From positions 18,811 through 82,810 of the forward strand of contig CAZIEY010000001.1 of assembly GCA_964538855.1 (NCBI GenBank): 64,000 bases of DNA. The letters are read 5' to 3'. The notes below the pieces were generated by a model. That model searched no databases and was not told the DNA's origin. It saw only the letters and a program-made list of their open reading frames with translations. Positions within the stretch are counted from its first letter, which is position 1. Each line of letters begins with the position of its first letter. The position numbers and the translations under genes are program-made. This document shows, piece after piece, positions 50,814 to 59,366 of this stretch. Source of the DNA: an uncultured Candidatus Saccharibacteria bacterium (GTDB lineage Bacteria; Patescibacteriota; Minisyncoccia; Phycocordibacterales; JAACPR01).

Positions 50814-51341
50814 TTATTTTATCCAGCCAATAAACATCATGTCGTCGCTCCAGCGATCAGCTGTTGGAATTGCAATTTTCCTGTCACCGTTGCCTTTTGA
50901 AATTACATAACCACGGCTCGAGTCATCTGAACCAAAAATTTCAAAAATACCGTTGTGTCCATATTCGTAACGTACTACATATCCATCCGGCGAACTTGGA
51001 CCAGCATCAAGTGAGAGTTTAGACGCTTCTTCAAATGAAATTTTACGAGAAGTGTCTTTTTCTACATCGTAGATAAACAAATCTGGATCATATGTAGTTG
51101 CATTCGTGTCAGAGCGAAGTACGGCTTTTTTCAAGGTCAAAGTATCATTCTCTACAATATATTGATTTGGCACCATTTCAATATAGTAGCCATTGTAATG
51201 AGGCTGCGAACGCATTGCGTATACAAAATCGTGTTCTGGTTGAATCGAAGCTCTTGCGGTAAAAATGTAAATTGAAATTGCGATGATGAAAATAACTGGT
51301 AATGCGATGCCGATAATGATTGGTATGTGTTGCTTGTTCAT
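50814..51341 (-). CDS. Membrane-anchored protein, possibly a GDYXXLXY-domain partner of DUF2157 (tentative)
   Basis: The start is set at MNKQHIPIIIG (an N-terminal transmembrane segment). A DGYVVRYEY segment loosely resembles the GDYxxLxY motif. The track ORF extends to 51497. Confidence 0.4.
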   Translation of the reverse strand: MNKQHIPIIIGIALPVIFIIAISIYIFTARASIQPEHDFVYAMRSQPHYNGYYIEMVPNQYIVENDTLTLKKAVLRSDTNATTYDPDLFIYDVEKDTSRKISFEEASKLSLDAGPSSPDGYVVRYEYGHNGIFEIFGSDDSSRGYVISKGNGDRKIAIPTADRWSDDMMFIGWIK

Positions 51342-51451
51342 GCTCTTTATTTTAGCATGTTTTAAGAATTGAAAAGCCCGATGAGACAAAAAAGTTAAAT
51401 CAACAGCACCACACTGAATTTTATGAATATGAAATACAAAAATAAGTGGTA

Positions 51452-51502
51452 TAAAAAAATCCTCGGCATTACTACCGAGGACTCTTCCGCAAACCACGGA
51501 AG
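51452..51502 (-). terminator. Terminator (two hairpins) after the small minus-strand gene
   Basis: cttccg...cggaag and cctcggta...tgccgagg followed by T7 on the minus strand. Confidence 0.5.
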
Positions 51503-51506
51503 ATAT

Positions 51507-51680
51507 TCAGCCGATGGCGATGTCCACCAAGATCATTGCTCCGCACAACGCTCCAAGGGCCATCATCGGCAACGACTTCACCGCTTTCCACAGCGTGACC
51601 TCAGGGTCGACGCGAGGGGCGGCTCGATAGCGCATGAGTCCTAGCGCTATCGCATAAACTCCCAGACAAAGAGCAGTCAT
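51507..51680 (-). CDS. 57-aa hydrophobic peptide (MTALCLGVYAIALGLMRYRAAPRVDPEVTLWKAVKSLPMMALGALCGAMILVDIAIG), GC-rich micro-gene
   Basis: GGAGG lies 5 nt before the ATG. A TTGACA-17-ATAATA promoter is upstream and a terminator downstream. It is absent from the ORF track because it is under 60 aa. Confidence 0.4.
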   Translation of the reverse strand: MTALCLGVYAIALGLMRYRAAPRVDPEVTLWKAVKSLPMMALGALCGAMILVDIAIG

Positions 51681-51780
51681 AAACACCTCCGGTTACCTCT
51701 ACTCCAATAATTTTGAAGTTTATGAGGTTGATAATATTATATATCATATAGCGATATTGTCAAGTATCTCAATGAGTTGC

Positions 51781-51808
51781 AATAAACCTTTATTTATAAA
51801 GGTTTATT
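51781..51808. promoter_or_regulatory. Perfect 12-bp inverted repeat aataaaccttta-N4-taaaggtttatt (candidate operator) in a divergent promoter region
   Basis: Exact palindrome arms, lying between the micro-gene promoter and the PAP2 gene. Confidence 0.35.
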
Positions 51809-51860
51809 GGATATCCTCACAATATACTAAACATACCAAATTTTCTGCTACAATATTTCC

Positions 51861-52343
51861 ATGCACGGCTTTCTCATCACTACTTCATATTGGATTCATG
51901 AATTTTTTACTACCATAGCACTCATTGGTGCAGGTGGTTTAATTGTCTCGCACATGTACATTAAAAAAGAACTACGGCAAATTATTGCACTTATTGGCGG
52001 ACTCATAACGACCGGCGGAGCAGTTTACGTGCTCAAAAACATTTTCCAAGTACCCCGCCCCATCGACGCGTACATTTTGGAAACGGGTTATGCGATGCCG
52101 AGCGGACATGCGAGCTTTAGCTTTTTCTTAGCAACGTTTTTAATTTATTACATCATCAAACAGCCAGACAATCGATTCACAGAATTTCTCAGTTGCATTA
52201 TTATCGGCGCTATTGCAGTCATAATCACCGCGAGCCGCGTTTTTCTGCACGTTCACACCATTACCCAGGTTCTCTGCGGAGCGCTTCTCGGGATACTTAT
52301 CGCATACATTGCAATACTTTACACACGCCATAAAAAATCGTAG
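51861..52343 (+). CDS. PAP2-family phosphatase (undecaprenyl-diphosphatase-like)
   Basis: PSGH and SRVFLHVHT PAP2 motifs in a membrane protein. Leaderless, with TACAAT 6 nt before the ATG. Confidence 0.8.
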   Translation: MHGFLITTSYWIHEFFTTIALIGAGGLIVSHMYIKKELRQIIALIGGLITTGGAVYVLKNIFQVPRPIDAYILETGYAMPSGHASFSFFLATFLIYYIIKQPDNRFTEFLSCIIIGAIAVIITASRVFLHVHTITQVLCGALLGILIAYIAILYTRHKKS

Positions 52344-52355
52344 TATCATTTCCCT

Positions 52356-52937
52356 ATGCATCATCACCACGCAAAATATTTCAAAGCCTTTCTCGTCGTC
52401 TATTTAATCTTTTCTATATATATGTTGTCGGAACACAATTTCGGCAACTTGATGGGAATGCTCGGAATTGGGCTCGGTCTTTTGGTTGCGGTACTTGCCC
52501 ACTCTCGTTATGGATATTTAACAATCGGACTTTTGCTCGTGCACATGTTTATCGAATGGAGCGAACACGGCATGCATTGGGCCGGCTATTCACACGGTGA
52601 AATTGCAATGAATGTGATTCACATTGCGCTCGACTTTATTTTCTTGTATCAAGAATTGCGCGTTCACGCAGCCCGATATTTCAAGCCAATTTTTTCTGGC
52701 GTCATTATCGCACTCTGTCTCACTTTCGCACACGGCGCATATATAGGGCATCACGAACATGACACGCATGAAGCCGAAGCAGTTCATCACGAGGAGGAAC
52801 ATGCGGATAAACACGAGGGAGAAGAACATGCTCATGAAGGCTCACTCATCGAAGCATTCGTTGTTGGCGGTATGTTTGGTTGCATCCTATCGCACCTTTT
52901 CAGACGAAAGGATGAGTGCGGGGAAAGACACGATTAA
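52356..52937 (+). CDS. His-rich membrane protein with a C-terminal His/Glu/Asp-rich metal-binding-like tail
   Basis: MHHHH N-terminus, four transmembrane helices, and the tail HHEHDTHEAEAVHHEEEHADKHEGEEHAHEG. Confidence 0.55.
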   Translation: MHHHHAKYFKAFLVVYLIFSIYMLSEHNFGNLMGMLGIGLGLLVAVLAHSRYGYLTIGLLLVHMFIEWSEHGMHWAGYSHGEIAMNVIHIALDFIFLYQELRVHAARYFKPIFSGVIIALCLTFAHGAYIGHHEHDTHEAEAVHHEEEHADKHEGEEHAHEGSLIEAFVVGGMFGCILSHLFRRKDECGERHD

Positions 52938-53050
52938 AAATAAAAACTCCCAATTTTAAAAGTCTGGTTGAGCATCAACACAAAACGTACATCCATTATC
53001 GAATGTACGTGATGCGACCCGAGGACTTTAAAATTGGGAGTTTTTATTTT
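52938..53050. repeat. Long-hairpin element E1 (copy 1), a bidirectional terminator between convergent genes
   Basis: The outer stem aaaaactcccaattttaaaagtc/gactttaaaattgggagttttt continues into inner stems gcatca/tgatgc and cgtacat/atgtacg, flanked by A and T runs. It has a homologue at 59367-59490. Confidence 0.6.
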
Positions 53051-54463
53051 TTAATCTTTCTTCTGTGCTTTCACACTTAAACCCAAATCGGTTAATTGAT
53101 CAATTGATGCAACAGACGGTGCATTCATCATCAAGTCACGACCTTCACCAGTCTTTGGGAAGGCAATAACTTCACGAATGTTAGGCTCACCCATCATGAG
53201 CATCACAATTCGATCGATTCCAGGCGCAAACCCACCGTGTGGAGGCGCACCATATTTAAAGGCTTCTAACATGTGACCAAATTTTTGTTGTTGTACTTCT
53301 GGACTGATATTCAGCAACTCAAATACTTTTTGTTGCATATCAGATTTATGAATTCGAATACTTCCTGATGACAATTCATATCCGTTCAAAACAAGATCGT
53401 ATGATTTTGCACGAATAGACATCAAATCCTCGCCTTTCATAAATTTATCCATATCCTCGTCATTAATAGAACAGAATGGATGGTGCGCCGCTTGAATTCC
53501 TCCTTCTGGAAGTTTTTCAAACATTGGGAAATCTACAACCCACGCAAATGCAAGTTCGTTTGGATTGTTTTTATCCTTTCGCATATCAGGCTTATCGCTG
53601 CCATATTTTGCCATTGATTCAGCATACGTGATTCGCGGGAAAGGAATTTGAGTGATTGTTTTCTCTGGGAACAATTTTGTCACCATTTCGATAAACATTG
53701 GTTCGGTAAAACTCAAAATGTCTTCTTGATCAACGAATGACATTTCGAAGTCGAGCTGAGTAAATTCTGGTTGTCGATCACCTCGCAAATCTTCATCACG
53801 CATACATCGCGCAATTTGGAAATATCGTTCAAACCCACCAATCATACTGAGTTGTTTAAATTGTTGTGGTGATTGAGGAAGCGCATAAAACTTTCCTTTT
53901 TCAATTCGTGATGGCACTAAATATTCTCGTGAACCTTCTGGAGTTCCCTTCATCAAAATCGGAGTTTCGATTTCGACGAATTTATTTTTGTGCATATAAT
54001 CTCGGAAGAATGAAATGATTGCATCACGTGTACGAATATTTTTCTGCAAACGTGGTCGTCGCAAATCCAAATAACGATATTTGAGGCGAACTTCTTCACC
54101 AATTTCCTTGCCATCACCTCGCACATCGATTGGCGGAGTTTCAGCTTCATTCAAAACTTTAATACCTAAAATTTCAAGTTCAATATCGCCGTTTTGCTTG
54201 TCGGCTTGAACATTTTTTGGAGGACGAGCATTAACTTTTCCAGACACTTCAACAACCCACTCTGGTCGCAAAGTTTCTCCGACAGCTTTTGCTTCTGTCG
54301 CGCCCGGCAATACAACACCTTGTACATATCCTGACATGTCACGAAAATCTAGGAAAATGAGTTTTCCTTGATCTCGACGTACATCAACCCAACCGAGAAT
54401 TGTAACCTCGGTACCAATATGATTCTTTAACTCTTCAATAAAAATTCTTTTTTTCATAAGCAT
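53051..54463 (-). CDS. aspS: Aspartate--tRNA ligase (short form lacking the GAD insertion)
   Basis: FYALPQSPQQFKQLSMIGGFERYFQIARCMRDED (motif 2) and GGFAPGIDRIVML (motif 3). N-terminal OB fold. 470 aa. Confidence 0.9.
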   Translation of the reverse strand: MLMKKRIFIEELKNHIGTEVTILGWVDVRRDQGKLIFLDFRDMSGYVQGVVLPGATEAKAVGETLRPEWVVEVSGKVNARPPKNVQADKQNGDIELEILGIKVLNEAETPPIDVRGDGKEIGEEVRLKYRYLDLRRPRLQKNIRTRDAIISFFRDYMHKNKFVEIETPILMKGTPEGSREYLVPSRIEKGKFYALPQSPQQFKQLSMIGGFERYFQIARCMRDEDLRGDRQPEFTQLDFEMSFVDQEDILSFTEPMFIEMVTKLFPEKTITQIPFPRITYAESMAKYGSDKPDMRKDKNNPNELAFAWVVDFPMFEKLPEGGIQAAHHPFCSINDEDMDKFMKGEDLMSIRAKSYDLVLNGYELSSGSIRIHKSDMQQKVFELLNISPEVQQQKFGHMLEAFKYGAPPHGGFAPGIDRIVMLMMGEPNIREVIAFPKTGEGRDLMMNAPSVASIDQLTDLGLSVKAQKKD

Positions 54464-54499
54464 TCGCGAGTCTCCCCGCGTTTATTTTTTATAGAAGTC

Positions 54500-54690
54500 G
54501 GAGAAACAAAAAGCCCCTCCGAATTCATGTTGATAAATTCGCAGGGGCGATTTTGTCGCGGTGCCACCCTGTTTGTTGCTCATTATGACGTCTTTCGGGC
54601 GTCCAGTTCCGAGGGCTTCTACGTGCGCCGCACATTGCAAACGCATTTCCTGCCCCGTATCTCGCCGGTGTCTGCCGGGTCATTGATATA
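54500..54690 (-). promoter_or_regulatory. T-box riboswitch leader upstream of aspS
   Basis: The minus strand carries AACAGGGTGGCACCGCGA, which matches the T-box core AGGGTGGNACCGCG. The terminator gcccctgcgaat/attcggaggggc plus a T-run lies just upstream of the aspS SD. A candidate specifier GAC sits in the loop ccggcaGACAccgg. A TTGCAT-N16-TATACT promoter is upstream. Confidence 0.65.
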
Positions 54691-54721
54691 TACAGTATAC
54701 GGAAGTGAGAGCGAAATGCAA

Positions 54722-55888
54722 CTAGAATTTATCTGCTGCGTCTTCTGCCAATTCTTGAGCCTCTTCAGCAGCATCAATTGCATCCTCATAATCTTCATCA
54801 TCGAATGCCTCTTCAGCTTCATCAAGAGCATCTCGTGCATCGTCGAGTAATTCTTCTGCTTCATCAATATCATCTTCATCTTCATCATTATCCTTTGCAT
54901 CGTCAATTGCCTCCTCCGCATCATCAATTGCATCTTTTGCATCATCAATTGCATCTTCGGCTTCGTCCGCTTCATCATTTTCACCAATTGCGTCTTCGGC
55001 ATCTTTAGCTAAATCTTCCGCTTCCTCGGCAAGATCGATGGCCTCTTCATAATCTTCATTATCCATTGCCTCTTCAGCTTCTTCTAATTTTTGCTCTGCT
55101 TCATCAAGCAACTCTTCCGCCTGGTCAACATCTTCATCATTATTATCTGCGTCTTCTATTTTTTGCTCCGCAGCATCAATTCTATCTTCGGCTTTATCAA
55201 TTGCATTATCTGCTTCATCTTCATCAGTTTCACCACCTGCGTCTTCGTATGCATCAACTGCATTATCATACGCATCTTCAGCAGATTTCAATGCATCTGC
55301 ATAATCTTTCGAGAAATACGCATCGATTGCATCGAACAAATCAGTTCGCGCATCGTCAAGATTATCATCAGCTACATTTGTATCCTCACCATCGTCTTGG
55401 GCATCATCAATTTGCTCATCTGCATCTTCGACTGCTTTAATTGCCTTTTTAATCATTGCCTCAGCATCTCTTTGTTGAAAAGATATCACAGGAGAAGTGT
55501 TCGATACTGGAGGTGGAGTAACTACAACCGGAGCAGTTGAAGTAACAGGAGAAGCAGTTGCCGTATTCAAACTTGCAAATTTTGCACGAGACAACGGGCC
55601 GAAAGTCCCTGTGGCAGGAGAAATACCTTTCGCAATTTGCCATTTTTGAACCGCAACGCGTGTAAGTGGTCCGAATTTATTTGTCTCTGCTCCAGCAGAT
55701 CCAGGGCCTGTGCTTGTAATCACATATCCATTACTATTCAAATATTTTTGAAGGCAACGAACTTCTTCGCTCACAACCCCCTCTTCTAAATCAAGTGTAA
55801 AAACACAAGACGCCGCTGACGCTGGTGTCGCCACAAATGCCACCATCACCAGTGAACCCGCGATAATAATTTGTTTATATGCTTTCAT
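54722..55888 (-). CDS. Secreted peptidoglycan-binding-domain protein with a ~250-aa poly-acidic (Asp/Glu/Ala) repetitive tail
   Basis: A signal peptide MKAYKQIIIAGSLVMVAFVATPASA is taken as the start; the track ORF extends to 55939. The PG_binding_1-like block is LQKYLNSNGY...FGPLTRVAVQKWQ. The rest is D/E/A repeats such as DEAEEAIDDAKDAIDDAEEAIDDAKD. Confidence 0.65.
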   Translation of the reverse strand: MKAYKQIIIAGSLVMVAFVATPASAASCVFTLDLEEGVVSEEVRCLQKYLNSNGYVITSTGPGSAGAETNKFGPLTRVAVQKWQIAKGISPATGTFGPLSRAKFASLNTATASPVTSTAPVVVTPPPVSNTSPVISFQQRDAEAMIKKAIKAVEDADEQIDDAQDDGEDTNVADDNLDDARTDLFDAIDAYFSKDYADALKSAEDAYDNAVDAYEDAGGETDEDEADNAIDKAEDRIDAAEQKIEDADNNDEDVDQAEELLDEAEQKLEEAEEAMDNEDYEEAIDLAEEAEDLAKDAEDAIGENDEADEAEDAIDDAKDAIDDAEEAIDDAKDNDEDEDDIDEAEELLDDARDALDEAEEAFDDEDYEDAIDAAEEAQELAEDAADKF

Positions 55889-55954
55889 GATAATGCTATT
55901 AATGATTAATGTAGATATTATACCCCGATAAAGATACACGAGTCGTGAGTTTTC

Positions 55955-56896
55955 CTAACTATATAGCACTGCAAAATTAAACAAGACATTGAATTGCTTA
56001 CACCACACGAGTGCGTACGGATATTCACGAGGATCAATGCCGGCAGGAATTTCATAATTCACGTTTCCTTCGGTGGCTTTGACTGGGCCGAGGTTTACAA
56101 AGTCGGTCGCATTGATGTCTTTTGATAGGTACACGAAAATATCTGGGCCGTTTACCGTTTTAAAATTCTCGTAGCGCAAAAAATGTGCGAGGCCAGATTG
56201 TACAACGCGCACAGTACCAGACGCAGGATGCAGCGGAGTATCGATTAATTGTTTCGGTGATGTTTCGTAGTTGATTGCCGCGACATTATCTTCTGCGACA
56301 GTAGAGGTGGCATTCTGTACAGAGGCAACAGGAAGCGCTTCATCCACGCGAATATTGATGAAGAGTGGCGAAATTGTGTAGTACAAGAACCAGGCGATTA
56401 ATAGGACAATGACTCCAGCAATTAATTGTTTTATTTTTCTGATACACATATAACGTTTGAGGTCTTTAAATACAGCGCTCGGTTTCATATATTCATCAGC
56501 AGCCGTTGCAATTAATACATTATCACCGACATCAAATGATTGTGAGCTGATATTCCCAGGATTTGGCGCATGTGGTCCACATTCATCTTGTAACTGCACC
56601 GCGACTGGCACGTGGGAAATATTATGTGCGTGCATTACTTGTATGCGATGATTGCCGGTTTCCAATCGATATTTTTTATTTTTAAGTCCTACTCGTACGA
56701 TAAGCGGCTCAAACATTCCATTAGTGATCAAATCAATCCATAATTTCTCAAAGTCGACCATATCACCATTCATCAAATCAGTATACGGCTCGACATCAGT
56801 GCCACGAATTTTCATAACCCACTCGATCGGAATCAACTCGACAAATCCTTGTTTATAGAGAACGTGTTTTTTCCAATGTGGTTGTATCCTATTCAT
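55955..56896 (-). CDS. Fusion protein: ParB/Srx-like nuclease N-domain, transmembrane helix, and C-terminal DM13 domain
   Basis: The N-terminus has the ParB N-domain pattern (PLIVRVGLKNKKYRLETGNHRIQV). A single transmembrane segment, IAGVIVLLIAWFLYY, follows. The C-terminus GPDIFVYLSKD...YPYALVWCKQFNVLFNFA matches DM13. Confidence 0.55.
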   Translation of the reverse strand: MNRIQPHWKKHVLYKQGFVELIPIEWVMKIRGTDVEPYTDLMNGDMVDFEKLWIDLITNGMFEPLIVRVGLKNKKYRLETGNHRIQVMHAHNISHVPVAVQLQDECGPHAPNPGNISSQSFDVGDNVLIATAADEYMKPSAVFKDLKRYMCIRKIKQLIAGVIVLLIAWFLYYTISPLFINIRVDEALPVASVQNATSTVAEDNVAAINYETSPKQLIDTPLHPASGTVRVVQSGLAHFLRYENFKTVNGPDIFVYLSKDINATDFVNLGPVKATEGNVNYEIPAGIDPREYPYALVWCKQFNVLFNFAVLYS

Positions 56897-57098
56897 GTGA
56901 TTTTTTCCGCTGTGCTTTATTCCATTGTATCAAACTATTGCCTTTGGATTTTTTACCAACATATGTGCCGCCCCGCTTTTTATATAATGTCACCGCGTGT
57001 TGCATCGCGCGTGCAGAAAATTTTCCCATTTTAAATACTGCTTCTTTTTTACAAGCTTCCCATAATTCGGGGTTGGTGCGAGTAGTAGGCGTTGACAT
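56889..57098 (-). CDS. Small conserved hypothetical protein (69 aa)
   Basis: NPELWEACKKEA...GKFSARAMQHAVTLYKKRGG pattern. It overlaps the downstream gene start by 8 nt. Confidence 0.45.
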   Translation of the reverse strand: MSTPTTRTNPELWEACKKEAVFKMGKFSARAMQHAVTLYKKRGGTYVGKKSKGNSLIQWNKAQRKKSHE

Positions 57099-57101
57099 AC
57101 G

Positions 57102-57542
57102 TTAGTTATACAGTACGTATGATTTAGTCAATGAATTTACTGCGTCAGTTGGGCCGTACAACAACGCACCTAAATATTCTAACTCTGCATCACTTTTCGA
57201 TTGAATAGACTGAACCAACTCATCGTCGTGCCGAGTATCCAACATGTCGCGTGGAAAATCGATCAAAGTAAGACCGGCAGTCGAACGAGCTTTTGAAATA
57301 GTTTCGGCGATATGCGACACAGTCCCCTTTTTAATAATAAAACCAAAACGTGCGATGCCTTTGTGGATAACACCGTCTTTATCGAGCAACACATCTCGCC
57401 CCATCAACATGTCGTCCTTGTGTGCCCCAAGCGAAACCGCCATATGTCCAAGCACATTCATAGCTTGCCATGGTTCGAGATTTTCTGAAATAATTGCGAC
57501 GATTTTGTGGGATTTGTAGTCGTATGTCATATTACTGTGCAA
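57102..57542 (-). CDS. DUF2000-like protein (tentative)
   Basis: 146 aa. KIVAIISENLEPWQAMNVLGHMAVSLG pattern. Confidence 0.45.
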   Translation of the reverse strand: MHSNMTYDYKSHKIVAIISENLEPWQAMNVLGHMAVSLGAHKDDMLMGRDVLLDKDGVIHKGIARFGFIIKKGTVSHIAETISKARSTAGLTLIDFPRDMLDTRHDDELVQSIQSKSDAELEYLGALLYGPTDAVNSLTKSYVLYN

Positions 57543-58407
57543 GAATAGTCTTAATCACCGCCTCCAACCCCGCCAAATTTTGCTCGAATTCAACTGTCTC
57601 GTGAGTTTTTAATTCGACACCAATTGATGGAATACCGACAGTTGAAAGCCAATCGCTCGCGTCGCCTGTCACTACATACTGACTAAAGGTGTCGTTCATG
57701 GGATATCCAGACGCAGTCGAGTACGCAGACATGAACGCACGTGTTGAAGCTGCAATTGGCGCATTACAGCCCGCACCAAATACTCCGTTTGAAGCGCTAT
57801 GAGCAAAGATAACAACTCGAGGCATTCGAGCCGTCACCCAATCACGAAACCCCGCCGTTTCAGGTTCGGAAAATGCAGCAGTACCAGCACTAACTTTTTT
57901 GTTTTGCCACACACCTTTGGCTTGCCAATTACAATCGAAATTACGATTCAAATCCACCCCATGTGCATTAAATCGTCCAGGTGCAGTACCCATCACATCG
58001 GGAATCGTTGCAAGATTCACAAAACGATCCGTTGTTCCTGTGATTTTGAAATATCCATCAGGATTCAATGTAGGAATAATTGTTACTTTGAGATGCGCAG
58101 GGATAATGGCCCGATTCACATCAAAATAATCCATCAAACGATACGCGAGTAACACGGTATTCCACTCATATCCGCCATGAATACCTCCAACAAACACAAT
58201 TTCATTCGGTCCACTTCCGTATGTATGAGCTTCGATCGAACGCCCTTCTACCGAAGTCGCCACCGTTGATGTTGTGTAGGTTTCAACAATTGGCAGTGTA
58301 GGAACTTCGACTACAGGCGCGTCGGTGAAAAATTCTCCACGAAACAAGAAAAGCCCGACACCAATCAGGATGATTGCAAAAATGACGAGCAAACTTTTCT
58401 TGTTCAT
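57532..58407 (-). CDS. Secreted M14-family zinc carboxypeptidase-like protein (paralogue 1, ligands intact)
   Basis: N-terminal transmembrane/signal segment. IHGGYEW (His...Glu), the M14 hallmark GVDLNRNF, a later FAHSAS His, and GVELKTHE Glu. Confidence 0.75.
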   Translation of the reverse strand: MNKKSLLVIFAIILIGVGLFLFRGEFFTDAPVVEVPTLPIVETYTTSTVATSVEGRSIEAHTYGSGPNEIVFVGGIHGGYEWNTVLLAYRLMDYFDVNRAIIPAHLKVTIIPTLNPDGYFKITGTTDRFVNLATIPDVMGTAPGRFNAHGVDLNRNFDCNWQAKGVWQNKKVSAGTAAFSEPETAGFRDWVTARMPRVVIFAHSASNGVFGAGCNAPIAASTRAFMSAYSTASGYPMNDTFSQYVVTGDASDWLSTVGIPSIGVELKTHETVEFEQNLAGLEAVIKTILAQ

Positions 58408-58416
58408 AACCGATTT

Positions 58417-59307
58417 TTATTTAGAGAATTCTGCGAGAACTGCCTGAATACCCTTTAGATTTTTATCCCATTCAACTTGGCTGTGTGTTGCGAGAATTAC
58501 TCCGACTGCTGGAATATTCATCTTTGAAAGCCAGTCGCTCATGTCGCCCGTGATTGAATAGTCTTCGAATGAGTCATGACCTGGGTAACCAGATGCTTTG
58601 GCATACGTGCTCACAAGTGCCTTTGTTGCTGCAGAAATACTGCCACATCCAGATGCATACACACCGTTTGCTGCGCTGTACCAAGAAATTACCGCCGCAG
58701 GAGTATTCGCTGTTACATAGTCACGAAATGCAGCTGCTTCTGGTTCTGAAAAAGCAGATGTTCCCGCACTAATAGTTTTGCTCTGCCATGTAGCATCCGC
58801 CTTCCAATTACAATCAAAGTTTCGGTTCAAATCCACATTGTGTGCATTAAATCGTCCTGAAATAGTTGCTGGAGTTTCAGGAATGTTGCTGAGATCGATA
58901 TCTGCAGTCGTAGTACCCATAATTTTATAAAATCCATCCGGGTTCAAAAGAGGAATCACTGTGACTTTCAAATTTTCAGGAACGACAGTTGGATTAGCTT
59001 CCAAATAATCCATCAAACGATACGCAAGAAGCGCTGTGTTCCAAGAATATCCTCCGTGCACACCTCCAACAAAAAGAATTTCTTTGTCGCCGTTTCCGTA
59101 TGAATGCGCCATAATGTCACGACCTTCAACAGATTTTCCAATGACACCAGTTGGAGTTTCCTCTACGACAGGCGCTGTAGTTGTGGAAGTTGTTGTGGTA
59201 GTGGTAGTCGTGGTTATTGTAGGAGCCTCGACTTGGTCTTTGTTAAAAAATGCAAATCCTGCCCACGCAATCAAAACCACTGCAATAATAGTAACGAGAT
59301 ATTTCAT
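58417..59307 (-). CDS. M14 carboxypeptidase-like paralogue 2 with substitutions at the presumptive Zn-ligand and catalytic positions (likely pseudo-enzyme) and a poly-Thr linker
   Basis: It aligns colinearly with paralogue 1. At the aligned positions VHGGYSW has Ser for Glu, SWYSAA has Tyr for His, and GVILATHS has Ile for Glu, while DLNRNF is retained. A T9-S-T3 linker follows the transmembrane segment. Confidence 0.7.
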   Translation of the reverse strand: MKYLVTIIAVVLIAWAGFAFFNKDQVEAPTITTTTTTTTTSTTTAPVVEETPTGVIGKSVEGRDIMAHSYGNGDKEILFVGGVHGGYSWNTALLAYRLMDYLEANPTVVPENLKVTVIPLLNPDGFYKIMGTTTADIDLSNIPETPATISGRFNAHNVDLNRNFDCNWKADATWQSKTISAGTSAFSEPEAAAFRDYVTANTPAAVISWYSAANGVYASGCGSISAATKALVSTYAKASGYPGHDSFEDYSITGDMSDWLSKMNIPAVGVILATHSQVEWDKNLKGIQAVLAEFSK

Positions 59308-59366
59308 GTTTTTATGAATTAAGCTTGTAAAACCTGAATGAGCTATTGCCTATAGTATAGCACGAA

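Noticed and set aside
54619-55540. ORFs 54619..55002 -, 54778..55008 +, 55066..55440 + and 55091..55540 + (His/Leu/Gln/Met-rich)
   Set aside because: These are alternative-frame or antisense readings of the repetitive acidic-tail coding DNA of the peptidoglycan-binding protein.
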